This document shows, one piece after another, positions 30,801-39,310 of a DNA stretch of 64,000 nucleotides. A program made the translations under genes and the position numbers. The notes under the pieces were generated by a model. The model ran no database searches. It saw only the letters and a list, made by a program, of their open reading frames with translations, and was not told the DNA's origin. Position 1 is the first letter of the stretch. Every line of letters starts with the position of its first letter. The DNA comes from Planctomycetota bacterium (lineage in GTDB: Bacteria > Planctomycetota > UBA1135 > UBA2386), in NCBI GenBank assembly GCA_947501605.1, contig CANMWZ010000007.1, positions 1 through 64,000 of the forward strand. Direction: 5' to 3'.

Positions 30801-31008
30801 CCTACACGGAAACACCCTGCTGACTGTCGCGCGCACGCCGCGCGACAACCGCCGCGAGGCGCGCGACCTGTTGCAGGCGCGCGATGCGTCCACGCTGGCG
30901 ATGCTCTGGGAATACGAAGACGAGGGCACGTTCCTCGGTGGCCCTGGTACCGACGGCACGTACGTCGGAGTTGCCGGGGCTGACGGGGACGTGGTGCTGT
31001 TGCGATGA
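27802..31008 (+). CDS. Trans-envelope protein: DUF4388 (PatA_N) + TPR + TM + PEGA-like + PQQ/BamB-like beta-propeller
   Basis: MALRGDLASVDLAQVFQML..KTGLL and VIMEAARRIDEW (DUF4388); TPRs; TM LGAFCLLIVALAIAF; LDSRPQGARV..TTP (PEGA-like); repeated D..TG..LW propeller motifs. Confidence 0.85.
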   Translation: MALRGDLASVDLAQVFQMLALNKKTGLLSIQSPRLWEILYFHPRGVTLYYNPHTLLDRSLQTFVRVGRVQQRAIDEVRDHAGRNQLELWDSLLAGGYLTEEELVAQVRYEVEEEIYDLFFCRDGRFEFLEGKSELSERPGVVDQRFFFNTESVIMEAARRIDEWSYIAERIPGGLEVYRKVGRSKAPDKVGEEGAIVFDCVDGRRTVARIVEVSGLSNFVAFKMLSQLLDAGLVEPLDPDHLVKHGQACLRENRPEDAVSLFEKAIELEVGLPEAHSLAAQAYEQVGHFELAVYHLKCEAEYRIAAGDRRTGAQRLHAATQKLPTDLGARERLVEVLLAHHDARLPDFDAVAEGKTLVDLWMAAGDLQRVRGLLERLLTVRPDDIELKRQLVNVHTKAGDQARVVELYESIAKTLVADGRPIEAIANLQKILMLDRSRRDVADQVRVLYAQDERSRRRRRSLATLGAFCLLIVALAIAFNVYDQTAIVELDQIDVAAMVASDDYDQAAAAYEEFLVKYPLTTASTKARAELLRIDGLRQKREAELDAQRAATDVERQHLRSDYRSQWRRHRELFQSGRPEEALAVVENVRKLVSRAGSQDDMAWALEEQVDKTLAMLRDFVKKSGDLEVRRAEALAAGKIQDAWAMSVELQKGYEITAAARRTRIPVQLDSRPQGARVLRDGVPLMATVGGKSVPVTTPTILQCGMATENYSLERDGFIAATLTVLATKQARLEIPLAVIPAHRVHFDHAVQTEIGTSGDWVVAGLRNGRLGIASARNGKVLRVVELGGLRDVEGAPVVSGDRAWYLTNEGTLESVRLDTGAMAPGWPIQLPTPSISGLSLRDGRLLYIDRENVVHCIDQASGRTYWSRSLDGAPVGPPVLERRVARVALADGRIVGIDAIDGRVTGTLKAPSGLSTRPLASEDQLWFGCTDNRIRSMDERTGRVLWNVDVGRTPADGEVVVARTAVAVLAAGDNLRLLDRTTGKQLAETKLSGTLVSMRLHGNTLLTVARTPRDNRREARDLLQARDASTLAMLWEYEDEGTFLGGPGTDGTYVGVAGADGDVVLLR

Positions 31009-31033
31009 GCCATCGCCGTACGGGGAGGGAACA

Positions 31034-32134
31034 GTGAATCTGATCCAACGACTGAAGATCTGGAAGGAACTACGCCGTCTCGAGCAACGAGTACGCGAGG
31101 AGCCGTCGCCGTCGACCTTCGTCGACTTGGGGCAGGTCTTCATCAACCTCGACATGCTCGAGCGCGCGCTGCAGGTCGCTGATGACGGCCTCCTACTCTT
31201 CCCGGACTCTGCCGAGCTACAGAAGTTGCTCACCTTTGCCCGGCGCGGCGTGGATCGCGGCCGCATCGACGAGCTGCGCGCCCGACTCAACAAGTCGGCT
31301 ACGGCCAAGCTCTACAGCGAGCTGGTGCAGATCTACCTTGAGTCCGGTGACCAGGGGGCGCTGCATGCGAACTGCGAGGAGTGGAGCGTTCGCTTCCCGA
31401 ACGATCCAGGGCCCTGGCTCGCGCTGGGTCAGGCCCGACTGGGCAACTACTACCGTAACATCTCGGCCCGCGAAGGCGCCGACGCGGTTCAGTGCCTCGA
31501 GCGGGCCATTGGTCTCGACCCGTCCGCCACACGCGCGCGTGTGCTGCTGGCCGAGATGCTGTTCCGCATCGGCGCCACCAATCGTGCGCGCAGCTTGCTG
31601 GATGCCATGCCGACCGACCAGGATGACAGCGAACTGCAGAACCTCCGCCGCCAGGCAGTAGCTGCTCGTTCTCTGGGTAGCGACATCGACGCGCTGCTGC
31701 GCAACGCCGAAGAACAAGGTCTCCTGCCCAACGCGCCGCCAACGGCGGCCGTCGCCGCCGCGCGCTCGGAAGACGGCATCGGCTCGATTCGCGACGCGCT
31801 CGCCGCCATCGCGGAGATGCCAGGCGTTCAAAAGGCGACCTACATCCGCGGGACCCGAGCGCTCGTGAAGGGTGACATCAAGGATGGCAAGGATCCGTTC
31901 CTGAGAACCGTGCGCGTGGTGGCAAAGGCTGGCCACCGGTTCAGCCGCCGCCTCGATATCGGCAGCTTCAAGCGCGGCACCCTGCAAGGGCCGTTCGGTG
32001 TCATCTGCATCTGCTGCTACGGCGAGGTGCTCGCTGCAGTCCAGTGCGATGCGTCGGCGCCGACCGATCGGATCCTTGCCGAACTGCAAGAAGTAGTCGC
32101 CAGCTCGCTCTACGCGATGGGAGTGTCGCCGTGA
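31034..32134 (+). CDS. TPR protein with a C-terminal roadblock/LC7-like domain
   Basis: GGAGG RBS before GTG 31034. TPR motifs, then IRDALAAIAEMPGVQKATYI...RRLDIGSFKRGTLQGPFG (roadblock-like). Confidence 0.75.
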   Translation: MNLIQRLKIWKELRRLEQRVREEPSPSTFVDLGQVFINLDMLERALQVADDGLLLFPDSAELQKLLTFARRGVDRGRIDELRARLNKSATAKLYSELVQIYLESGDQGALHANCEEWSVRFPNDPGPWLALGQARLGNYYRNISAREGADAVQCLERAIGLDPSATRARVLLAEMLFRIGATNRARSLLDAMPTDQDDSELQNLRRQAVAARSLGSDIDALLRNAEEQGLLPNAPPTAAVAAARSEDGIGSIRDALAAIAEMPGVQKATYIRGTRALVKGDIKDGKDPFLRTVRVVAKAGHRFSRRLDIGSFKRGTLQGPFGVICICCYGEVLAAVQCDASAPTDRILAELQEVVASSLYAMGVSP

Positions 32135-32493
32135 ACCCGATCCAAGAGACTCTCGACGATCTCCGTCGCACCGCCGGCGTAAAGGCCTGCATGCTCGTCA
32201 TGGCCGACGGCCTCGTCGTCGCCGAGGCCCTGGGCGCTCGCTACCGCGAAGATGTGATCGCCGGCCTGTCGTCCTACTTGTCGATGACGGCCAACAAGGC
32301 GCTCCACGAAGGCGGACTAGGCTCCTTCGAGACGTTCACGCTGCACGCCGCCCACGGCAAGGCCGTCTTCTGCGACATCGGCGAGAGCTTCCTGGTCGTC
32401 CTGCTCGACCAGTTTGCGGACCTCGAGGCCGGTCGCAGCGAGATCCAGGGCGCCGTTCAGCGTCTGCGGCGCAGTTCTCGCCTCGGCTCCTGA
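32131..32493 (+). CDS. Roadblock/LC7 domain protein (MglB/MglC-like)
   Basis: GTGA overlap with the upstream gene. LDDLRRTAGVKACMLVMADGLVVA...GLGSFETFTLHAAHGK. Confidence 0.85.
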   Translation: MNPIQETLDDLRRTAGVKACMLVMADGLVVAEALGARYREDVIAGLSSYLSMTANKALHEGGLGSFETFTLHAAHGKAVFCDIGESFLVVLLDQFADLEAGRSEIQGAVQRLRRSSRLGS

Positions 32494-32661
32494 GCGAGGC
32501 GGTCTTGGCGCCGCCTTGCCGCCGTCGCCACTCGCGCCAACACGGCGCGGATGTGGCGTCGTAGCCACTACTCGGCATCGACCGTTCCCGGCGCCGGGGC
32601 TAGCCGTCGGCCCCGTTCTAGAACGGGGTGGAGCAGGATGCCGACTGCCTTGGATCTTTCG

Positions 32662-32690
32662 CTCAAGCAAAGGTGCGGGAAAGGCCGATC
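32662..32690 (+). promoter_or_regulatory. Putative sigma28-like promoter CTCAA-N17-GCCGATC
   Basis: Located in the intergenic gap before mglA. Identical spacing to 27724-27751. Confidence 0.5.
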
Positions 32691-32775
32691 ACCGATCGAC
32701 GACCCGAGCTGGCGGCTCCGTGCTGGAGTCCGTGGAACCGAGTCGTCTCACCGCCTGCTGGGAGTGACCTGATTC

Positions 32776-33813
32776 ATGGTCCAGATCAACTTCGCACTGA
32801 AGGAAGTCAACTGCAAGATCGTCTTCTACGGCCCGGGTATGAGTGGCAAGACCACCAACCTCGAGATCGTTCATCAGAAGGCGCCTGAGGAGAACAAGGG
32901 CGAACTGACGTCGATCTCGACCGATGGCGACCGCACGCTGTTCTTCGACTTCATGCCACTCGACCTCGGCAACGTGGCTGGCATGCGAACGAAGTTCCAG
33001 CTCTACACGGTGCCTGGTCAGGTCTACTACAACTCGACGCGCAAGCTCGTGCTTCAGGGTGTCGACGGAGTCATCTTCGTCGCCGACTCGGATCCGGAGA
33101 AGATGCCGGAGAACATCGAGTCGTACCAGAACTTGATCGAGAACCTGACCGAGTACGGCAAGGACGTTCGCGAGCTGCCGCACGTCATCCAGTACAACAA
33201 GCGCGATCTGCCGAACGCGATGTCGGTCGAAGAGATGGACCGCCACTTGAACAAGTTCGGCGTGCCGACCTTCGAAGCGGTTGCTTACACCGGTGAGGGT
33301 GTGTTCCCGACGCTGAAGACGCTGGCCGGAATGGTGCTCGAGAGCATCGACCGCATGGACAGTCGCAACACCCGGCGCCCAACCGCGGAGGCCGCGCCAC
33401 GCGCTGCGGCGCCGCGCGCCGCCGCTCCGGCTCCCGCACCTGCTCCGGCTCGGGGTGGGGCACCGAAGCCCGCCGCCGGGCCGATGAAGAAGGCTGGAGC
33501 ACCAGCAGCCCGGAATGCACCAGCGCCGCAGAAGGCAGCCGCCGCGCCAGCTGGCGCCGCGCGTCCGGCCAAGAGCCAGGCGCTGGCTCCAGCTCCGAAG
33601 GGCAAGGCTCCGGCTGCGCGTCCAGCGACGCCCAGTCACGCCTCGCCGGCACCAGCCGCTGCCGTCCGCCGCCCAGGGACACAGGGTCGCCCGGCGCCGA
33701 CGCTGCAGAAGGCCAAGAAGGGCGGTGCCGGTGTGATCATCGGGCTGTCCGTCCTGTTGCTCGCCGCCGCTGCCGGCGTCGTCTGGTTCTTCACTCGCGA
33801 AAACCTGCTGTGA
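32776..33813 (+). CDS. mglA: MglA-family small Ras-like GTPase with a Pro/Ala linker and C-terminal TM helix
   Basis: KEVNCKIVFYGPGMSGKTTNL, DRTLFFDF, FQLYTVPGQVYY and QYNKRD motifs. About 150-aa extension ending GVIIGLSVLLLAAAAGVVWFF. Confidence 0.92.
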   Translation: MVQINFALKEVNCKIVFYGPGMSGKTTNLEIVHQKAPEENKGELTSISTDGDRTLFFDFMPLDLGNVAGMRTKFQLYTVPGQVYYNSTRKLVLQGVDGVIFVADSDPEKMPENIESYQNLIENLTEYGKDVRELPHVIQYNKRDLPNAMSVEEMDRHLNKFGVPTFEAVAYTGEGVFPTLKTLAGMVLESIDRMDSRNTRRPTAEAAPRAAAPRAAAPAPAPAPARGGAPKPAAGPMKKAGAPAARNAPAPQKAAAAPAGAARPAKSQALAPAPKGKAPAARPATPSHASPAPAAAVRRPGTQGRPAPTLQKAKKGGAGVIIGLSVLLLAAAAGVVWFFTRENLL

Positions 33814-33829
33814 CCCGGAGGGCGCTGCC

Positions 33830-34348
33830 ATGACCAACCCCAAGAAAATGACGCGCAACGACAAGCTGCGTCACGACCGGCTCACCTTCTACAAGGACGA
33901 CATCGAGCAGATTGACAAGCTGCTCGCCGAGTTCCTGCGGCTGTCGGGCGCAAAGTGCGCGCTCCTCATCGACAAGGAAGGTCACCTGGTCACGAAGCGC
34001 GGTGAACTCCGCACCATAGACATTGACACGATCTCGGCGCTTGTTGCCGGGTCGTTTGCAGCGACCAAGGAGATGGCTCGGCTGCTCGGTGAAGAAGAGT
34101 TCACAGCGATGTACCATCAGGGTGAGCGCGACAACATCCAGCTCGGCCTCGTGGGGGATCGCACGCTGCTGACGATTCTGTTCGATGATCGCACGACGGT
34201 GGGCATGGTCCGCCTCTACGCCAACGAGACCGCAAAGAAGCTCGCGGACATCTACAAGGCGTCGATGAACCGCCAAGGCGATGACCCTGGTCTCGGCGAG
34301 GCCTACGGCCAAGACGCGAAGAAGTCGCTCGACAAGTTGTTCGACTGA
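33830..34348 (+). CDS. mglB: MglB roadblock-domain protein (GTPase-activating partner of MglA)
   Basis: AKCALLIDKEG, ISALVAGSFAATKEMARLLGEEEF..HQGERDNI and FDDRTTVGMVRL match MglB. Confidence 0.9.
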   Translation: MTNPKKMTRNDKLRHDRLTFYKDDIEQIDKLLAEFLRLSGAKCALLIDKEGHLVTKRGELRTIDIDTISALVAGSFAATKEMARLLGEEEFTAMYHQGERDNIQLGLVGDRTLLTILFDDRTTVGMVRLYANETAKKLADIYKASMNRQGDDPGLGEAYGQDAKKSLDKLFD

Positions 34349-34827
34349 CGACTGCCGCAGCGATCAACGACGCGCGATCTTCCATGCACGCGGCGCGCAC
34401 CTCGAGCGATCGGGGTGCGCGCCGCGTGTGCATTCTGGATGGTCGTTGCGTCCTGTGTGCCGCGTGTCGTTCGGGCGCGTCGATTCTCGCTGCGATGCGA
34501 GTCCGCGCGATCGAAGTCCCTGCATGCGGCATCCTGCAGCAGCATCGCGGCGCCAAAAAGTTGGAGATTCTCGAAGAAAAATCGCAGTCCACCTCGAGGC
34601 CGTGTCGAGGCCATAAATGATGGCGATCTTCTCTGGATAGAATCGAGAAAAATAGCGATTCGCAAATCAATCGAAAAGCGCGTGAGCGAGGTATGTGCCG
34701 GTGGCTGCGGAGTTTCCGGTGAATCTCGAATCACCATGCGCCGATCTACATCGGAGATCAGGCGCGGGTCTGCTTCGCCGTGTTGCGCCCACCCCTTGAT
34801 CCCACAACCCTAAACAAGGACTGAGAC

Positions 34828-34908
34828 ATGGCTGCCAAGAAGAAGACCACGAAGAAGGCGACGAAGAAGGCGACGAAGAAGGCTGGCAAGAAGAAGGCCA
34901 AGCGCTGA
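34828..34908 (+). CDS. 26-aa Lys/Ala-rich histone-H1-like small basic peptide (not in ORF track)
   Basis: AAGGA RBS. Translates MAAKKKTTKKATKKATKKAGKKKAKR* with all Lys codons AAG. Followed by two hairpins. Confidence 0.7.
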   Translation: MAAKKKTTKKATKKATKKAGKKKAKR

Positions 34909-34949
34909 ACCGCCAGTAGGAGCCTTCGGGCTCCGAACCAAAGCTTCAT

Positions 34950-34983
34950 ACGAGGCCCGGACTTGTCCGGGCCTCGTTCTTTT
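34950..34983 (+). terminator. Intrinsic terminator
   Basis: ACGAGGCCCGGA-CTTG-TCCGGGCCTCGT stem followed by TCTTTT. Confidence 0.8.
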
Positions 34984-35064
34984 GTGGGGCGTGGGTTGCG
35001 CGGTTGCCCGAGTTCCCTGCCAGCCTTCCCCGCAGCCCTGCAATCCTCTCGCGCTTCGCCGGCC

Positions 35065-35091
35065 CAGAGTCAGTTGGCAGAGTCAGTTGGC
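35065..35091. repeat. 13-bp perfect tandem duplication CAGAGTCAGTTGG x2
   Basis: Copies at 35065-35077 and 35078-35090, just past the metG stop. Confidence 0.75.
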
Positions 35092-35115
35092 CCCGCCCCG
35101 CGCAGCGGAGGGGAA

Positions 35116-37161
35116 TCAGTGCAGCCGGTGACCGGGCTTCGCGCCGCTGTCGGGCGACAGCAGGAAGGCTTCGCCATCGCCGCCAGCCGCGATGACCATG
35201 CCTTCGCTCAGGCCGAACTTCATCTGCCGTGGTGCCAGGTTGGCGACCATCACGACTAGGCGGCCGACGAGTTGTTCTGGCTGGTAGTAGGCCTTGATGC
35301 CGGCGAATACCGTGCGTCGCTCCGTGCCACCAAGGCTCAGCGTCAGCTTCAGGAGCTTCTTGGCTTCTGGCACCGCTTCGGCGGCCACCACGAGCGCGAT
35401 GCGCAAGTCGAGCTTGGTGAAGTCGTCGATGGCGATCGTCGGTTGCAGCGGTTCGGCCAACAGCGGGCCACCGTCGTCAACCGTCGACGCGGCGGCAGGC
35501 GGTGGAGTGGGGGCAACAGCCTCGGCCGCAGCCTTGGCCGCGGCGAACATCGCTTCGAGCTTCTCGGGTTCCATGCGGGTCATCATGTGCTGGAAGCGCG
35601 CGACACTTCGGCCAACAAGCGGCGTGGTGACCTGGTCCCAGCGGGTGATCGGTTCGCCCAACAACGTGCCAGTCTTGGCGGCCAGGTCCGGCAGCACCGG
35701 CGACAGGTAGACGCAGATCTGGCGGAAGAGGTTGAGGACGACCGTGCAGACGTCCTGCAGCTCTTTCGACCTGCCTGGGTCCTTCTTGATCGTCCACGGC
35801 GCCTTGTGCTCGACGTACTCATTGGCCGCGTCGGCCAGCACCATGCACAAGCGCGTCGCTTCGCGGTAATCGCAGGCCTCGTAGGCTGCGGCAATAGCCT
35901 CGCTCTGCGCCGCTGCACGTGCGAACAGCCCGCCGTCGTCCGGATACGTCGCCGAGAGGCCGGTGGTCTCGACGAATCGCGCGGATCGGCTTGCCAGGTT
36001 GACGACGCGGCCGACGAGGTCGCTGTTGACCTTGCCAACGAACTCGTCTGGCACGATGTCGAGGTCGTCGATCCTGGGGCCGAGTTTGCTGGCGTAGTAG
36101 TAGCGGAGGAAGCTCGGGTCGAGCTGGTCGAGGTACTGTCGCGCCGTCACGAAGGTGCCGCGCGACTTCGACATCTTCTCGCCGCCGACGCGCAGGAAGC
36201 CGTGGATGTGCACCCGCTTGGGCAGTTGGTAGCCGCCAACGTGCAGCATCGCTGGCCAGAACAGCGTGTGGAAGTACGTGATGTCCTTGCCCAGGAAGTG
36301 CACGACCTCGCACTCGGGGTTCTTCCACCAGCGATCCAGCGAGTCGCCCTTGGCCTTGCACCACTCGGCGGTCGCGGCGATGTAGCCGACGGGCGCGTCG
36401 AACCAGACGTACCAGAACTGGTTCTTGGCGTCGGGGATCTCGAAGCCGAAGTACGGCTCTGGCCGCGACACGTCCCAGTCCTGGAGCGGCTTGTCGAGGA
36501 AGTGGCCAGCCAGGTAGTTGGCGATCTCTGGCTGTAGCGCACCGCTCCGCTGCGTCCATGCGGTCAGGAAGTCCTGGAGTGGCGTCAGTTGGACGAACAG
36601 TTGCTTGCTGGGCCGCAACTCGGGCGTGGCGCCACTGTGCACACTGCGAGGGTTGACCAACTCGGTCGCGGCGTAGGTCGAACCGCACTTCTCGCAGTTG
36701 TCGCCGTACTGGTCTGGGGACGCGCATCGTGGGCAAGTGCCCCTTACGAAGCGGTCGGCGAGGAAGGTCTTCTGCTGCGGGTCGTAGAGCCGCTGCACTT
36801 CGCGCTCCACGACCATGCCGCGCTGGCGCAACGCCTGCCAGATGCCTTTGCAGACCTCGTAGTTGGTTGCGCTGTTGGTCGAGCCGTAGTGGTCGAACGA
36901 CACGCCAAAGGCCGCGAAGTCGCGCTGGTGCTCGTCGCTCGATGCGGCAATGAGCGCTTCGGGCGAACGCCCTTCCTTCTGCGCCCGGATCATGATCGCC
37001 GTGCCGTGAGTGTCATCGGCACACAGGAAGGCGACTTGGTGACCGCGCAGGCGCTGGAACCGCGCCCAGATGTCGGTCTGCAGGTACTCGACGAGATGAC
37101 CTAGGTGGATCGAGCCGTTGGCGTACGGCAGGGCGCTGGTGACCAGGATCTGGCGCGACAT
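35116..37161 (-). CDS. metG: Methionine--tRNA ligase with C-terminal tRNA-binding domain
   Basis: [15 protein letters not shown], Zn knuckle, YVWFDA, KMSKS and C-terminal [15 protein letters not shown]. Confidence 0.97.
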   Translation of the reverse strand: MSRQILVTSALPYANGSIHLGHLVEYLQTDIWARFQRLRGHQVAFLCADDTHGTAIMIRAQKEGRSPEALIAASSDEHQRDFAAFGVSFDHYGSTNSATNYEVCKGIWQALRQRGMVVEREVQRLYDPQQKTFLADRFVRGTCPRCASPDQYGDNCEKCGSTYAATELVNPRSVHSGATPELRPSKQLFVQLTPLQDFLTAWTQRSGALQPEIANYLAGHFLDKPLQDWDVSRPEPYFGFEIPDAKNQFWYVWFDAPVGYIAATAEWCKAKGDSLDRWWKNPECEVVHFLGKDITYFHTLFWPAMLHVGGYQLPKRVHIHGFLRVGGEKMSKSRGTFVTARQYLDQLDPSFLRYYYASKLGPRIDDLDIVPDEFVGKVNSDLVGRVVNLASRSARFVETTGLSATYPDDGGLFARAAAQSEAIAAAYEACDYREATRLCMVLADAANEYVEHKAPWTIKKDPGRSKELQDVCTVVLNLFRQICVYLSPVLPDLAAKTGTLLGEPITRWDQVTTPLVGRSVARFQHMMTRMEPEKLEAMFAAAKAAAEAVAPTPPPAAASTVDDGGPLLAEPLQPTIAIDDFTKLDLRIALVVAAEAVPEAKKLLKLTLSLGGTERRTVFAGIKAYYQPEQLVGRLVVMVANLAPRQMKFGLSEGMVIAAGGDGEAFLLSPDSGAKPGHRLH

Positions 37162-37363
37162 CGGGGCGGTAACCTTAGCTGCCGCCTCAGCTGTCCGCAT
37201 CCATGCCATCGGCGCTTCCTCCGCGCCGCGTCTCAGGGGAGCGGGTCGCTTTGGCTTGCGGCATCTGCCGAACGGATTGTGGCGAAGTGGTTGGCTACGA
37301 CCGGCCCGCCTTCCCTTGTCCGTCAGGCCCTCGTATCCTCCCCGCCCTCACACCGAGCCGAAC

Positions 37364-38533
37364 ATGACCGACCAATACAAGGCCCTCGACTTCTACAACG
37401 TGGACGAACTCTACTCGGACGAGGAGCGGATGATCCGCGACACGGTCCGCGCCTGGGTGTCGGACCGGTTCATGCCCGTGATCGAGGAGCACAATCGGGC
37501 GGCGACGTTTCCGACGCACCTCATCCCCGAACTCGGCGAGCTGGGTGTCTACGGCGCTTCGCTGACGGGCTATGGCTGCGCCGGCCTGTCGCCGATGGCA
37601 AGCGGGTTGATCTGCCAGGAACTCGAGCGCGGCGACTCAGGGCTGCGCTCGTTCGTCTCGGTCCAGGGATCGCTTTGCATGTATCCGATCTGGGCGTGGG
37701 GCACCGAAGAGCAGAAGCAGAAGTACCTGCCGGGTATGGCCGCTGGCCGCATCATCGGCTGCTTTGGTCTGACCGAGGCCGACTTCGGCAGCAACCCAGG
37801 CGGCATGTTGACCAAGGCGGTCAAGGACGGCGATCACTTCGTACTGAATGGCAGCAAGTACTGGATCACCAATGGTTCGTGCGCCGACGTCTCGATCGTC
37901 TGGGCCAAGCTGGACGGGGCGATCCGCGGCTTCCTGGTCGACAAGGGCACGAAGGGCTTCGAGGGGCGCAGCATCAAGAACAAGTTCTCGTTGCGAGCGT
38001 CAGACACGAGCGAACTCATCCTCCAAGACGTCCGCATCCACAAGTCGCAGATCCTTCCCGGCGTCGAGGGTCTGAAGGGACCGCTCGGTTGCCTCACGCA
38101 GGCGCGCTACGGCATCTCGTTCGGCGCGATTGGCGCGGCGCAGGCAGCCTTTGACGAGGCCTGCCGCTACAGCCAGATGCGAATCATGTTCGACAAGCCG
38201 ATCGGTCGGTACCAGTTGGTGCAGAACAAGCTGGTCTGGATGGCCGCGGAGATCACCAAGGCCCAGCTGATGTGCTGGAAGCTCGCGAAGATGAAGGAGA
38301 ACGGCACGATGCAGCACTGGCACGTGTCGATGGCCAAGCGCAACAGTTGCTGGATGGCACTCGAGTGCTGCCGCCTCGGCCGCGACATCCTCGGCGCCAA
38401 TGGCATCACGGACGAGTACCAGATGATGCGCCACATGTGCAATCTGGAGTCGGTCATCACCTACGAAGGCACGCACGACATCCACGGCCTGATCATCGGT
38501 CGCCAGCTGACGGGCCTCGACGCGATCATGTGA
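37364..38533 (+). CDS. gcdH: Acyl-CoA dehydrogenase, glutaryl-CoA dehydrogenase-like
   Basis: ELERGDSGLRSFVSVQGSL, CFGLTEADFGSNP, KFSLRAS and RHMCNLESVITYEGTHDIH motifs. Confidence 0.85.
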   Translation: MTDQYKALDFYNVDELYSDEERMIRDTVRAWVSDRFMPVIEEHNRAATFPTHLIPELGELGVYGASLTGYGCAGLSPMASGLICQELERGDSGLRSFVSVQGSLCMYPIWAWGTEEQKQKYLPGMAAGRIIGCFGLTEADFGSNPGGMLTKAVKDGDHFVLNGSKYWITNGSCADVSIVWAKLDGAIRGFLVDKGTKGFEGRSIKNKFSLRASDTSELILQDVRIHKSQILPGVEGLKGPLGCLTQARYGISFGAIGAAQAAFDEACRYSQMRIMFDKPIGRYQLVQNKLVWMAAEITKAQLMCWKLAKMKENGTMQHWHVSMAKRNSCWMALECCRLGRDILGANGITDEYQMMRHMCNLESVITYEGTHDIHGLIIGRQLTGLDAIM

Positions 38534-38621
38534 TCGCGGCGTCGGCGCGTTCGCGTCATCGCCGCGCCCGCGAACCCGCGGCAGGGAACAACTCCAGCGA
38601 CGGGCTGCTACGCTCTCGGCC

Positions 38622-39179
38622 ATGGGCAAGGTCCGCGCCGAGATCGATGACGCGTTGCGCGCATTCTTGAACGCGCAGCACCTGTTTTTCGTTGCCACGG
38701 CGCCGAGTGGCGATGATGGCCACGTGAATTGCTCGCCCAAGGGCGGCGAAGCCCTCCAAGTTCTCGGTCCGACGACGGTGGCCTACGTCGATCGCGTCGG
38801 CAGCGGCATCGAGACGATCGCACACTTGCGCCAAAACGGGCGCATCGTGGTGATGGTGTGTGCGTTCGATGGCGCGCCTCGCATCGTGCGACTACACGGC
38901 CGGGGCTCGGTGCTGGAGCCGAACGACCCCGTGTTTGAGTCGCTGCTATCGGCGTGGGGCACGGTCCGACTGGGTGTGCGCAGCGTGATCCGAGTCGAAG
39001 TCGCCCGGATCTCCGACTCGTGCGGCTTCGGTGTGCCGCTCTACGCCTACGAAGGCGAGCGCGACACGATGGCGAAGTGGTGCGAGAAGAAGGGCGCAGA
39101 AGGTGTCGCTGCCTACGTGCGCGAGAAGAACGCCACCAGCCTCGATGGGCTACCTGGGATGCGATCGTCGGTGGACTGA
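38622..39179 (+). CDS. Pyridoxamine 5'-phosphate oxidase family FMN-binding protein
   Basis: FFVATAP..HVNCSPKG, GSGIETIAHLRQNGRI and SCGFGVPLY motifs. Confidence 0.88.
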   Translation: MGKVRAEIDDALRAFLNAQHLFFVATAPSGDDGHVNCSPKGGEALQVLGPTTVAYVDRVGSGIETIAHLRQNGRIVVMVCAFDGAPRIVRLHGRGSVLEPNDPVFESLLSAWGTVRLGVRSVIRVEVARISDSCGFGVPLYAYEGERDTMAKWCEKKGAEGVAAYVREKNATSLDGLPGMRSSVD

Positions 39180-39310
39180 GTTGCCGCTGCCGCCGGTCTG
39201 CGCTTGGATTCCTCGTACCTCGTCGAAGGGGGCTAGCGGAGGACTTCGCCAGAGGGAACCGTGGTCAGAGGGGCGCGTCCTCTTTGGGCGCACAGAGGAG
39301 TGCGGGAGCA

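Noticed and set aside
33380..33700. Repetitive GCC/CCG-rich DNA as a DNA repeat element
   Set aside because: Explained by the Pro/Ala-rich linker codons of MglA.
35065..35091. 13-bp duplication as a target-site duplication or att site
   Set aside because: The copies are directly adjacent with no element or integrase nearby. Most simply explained as slippage.
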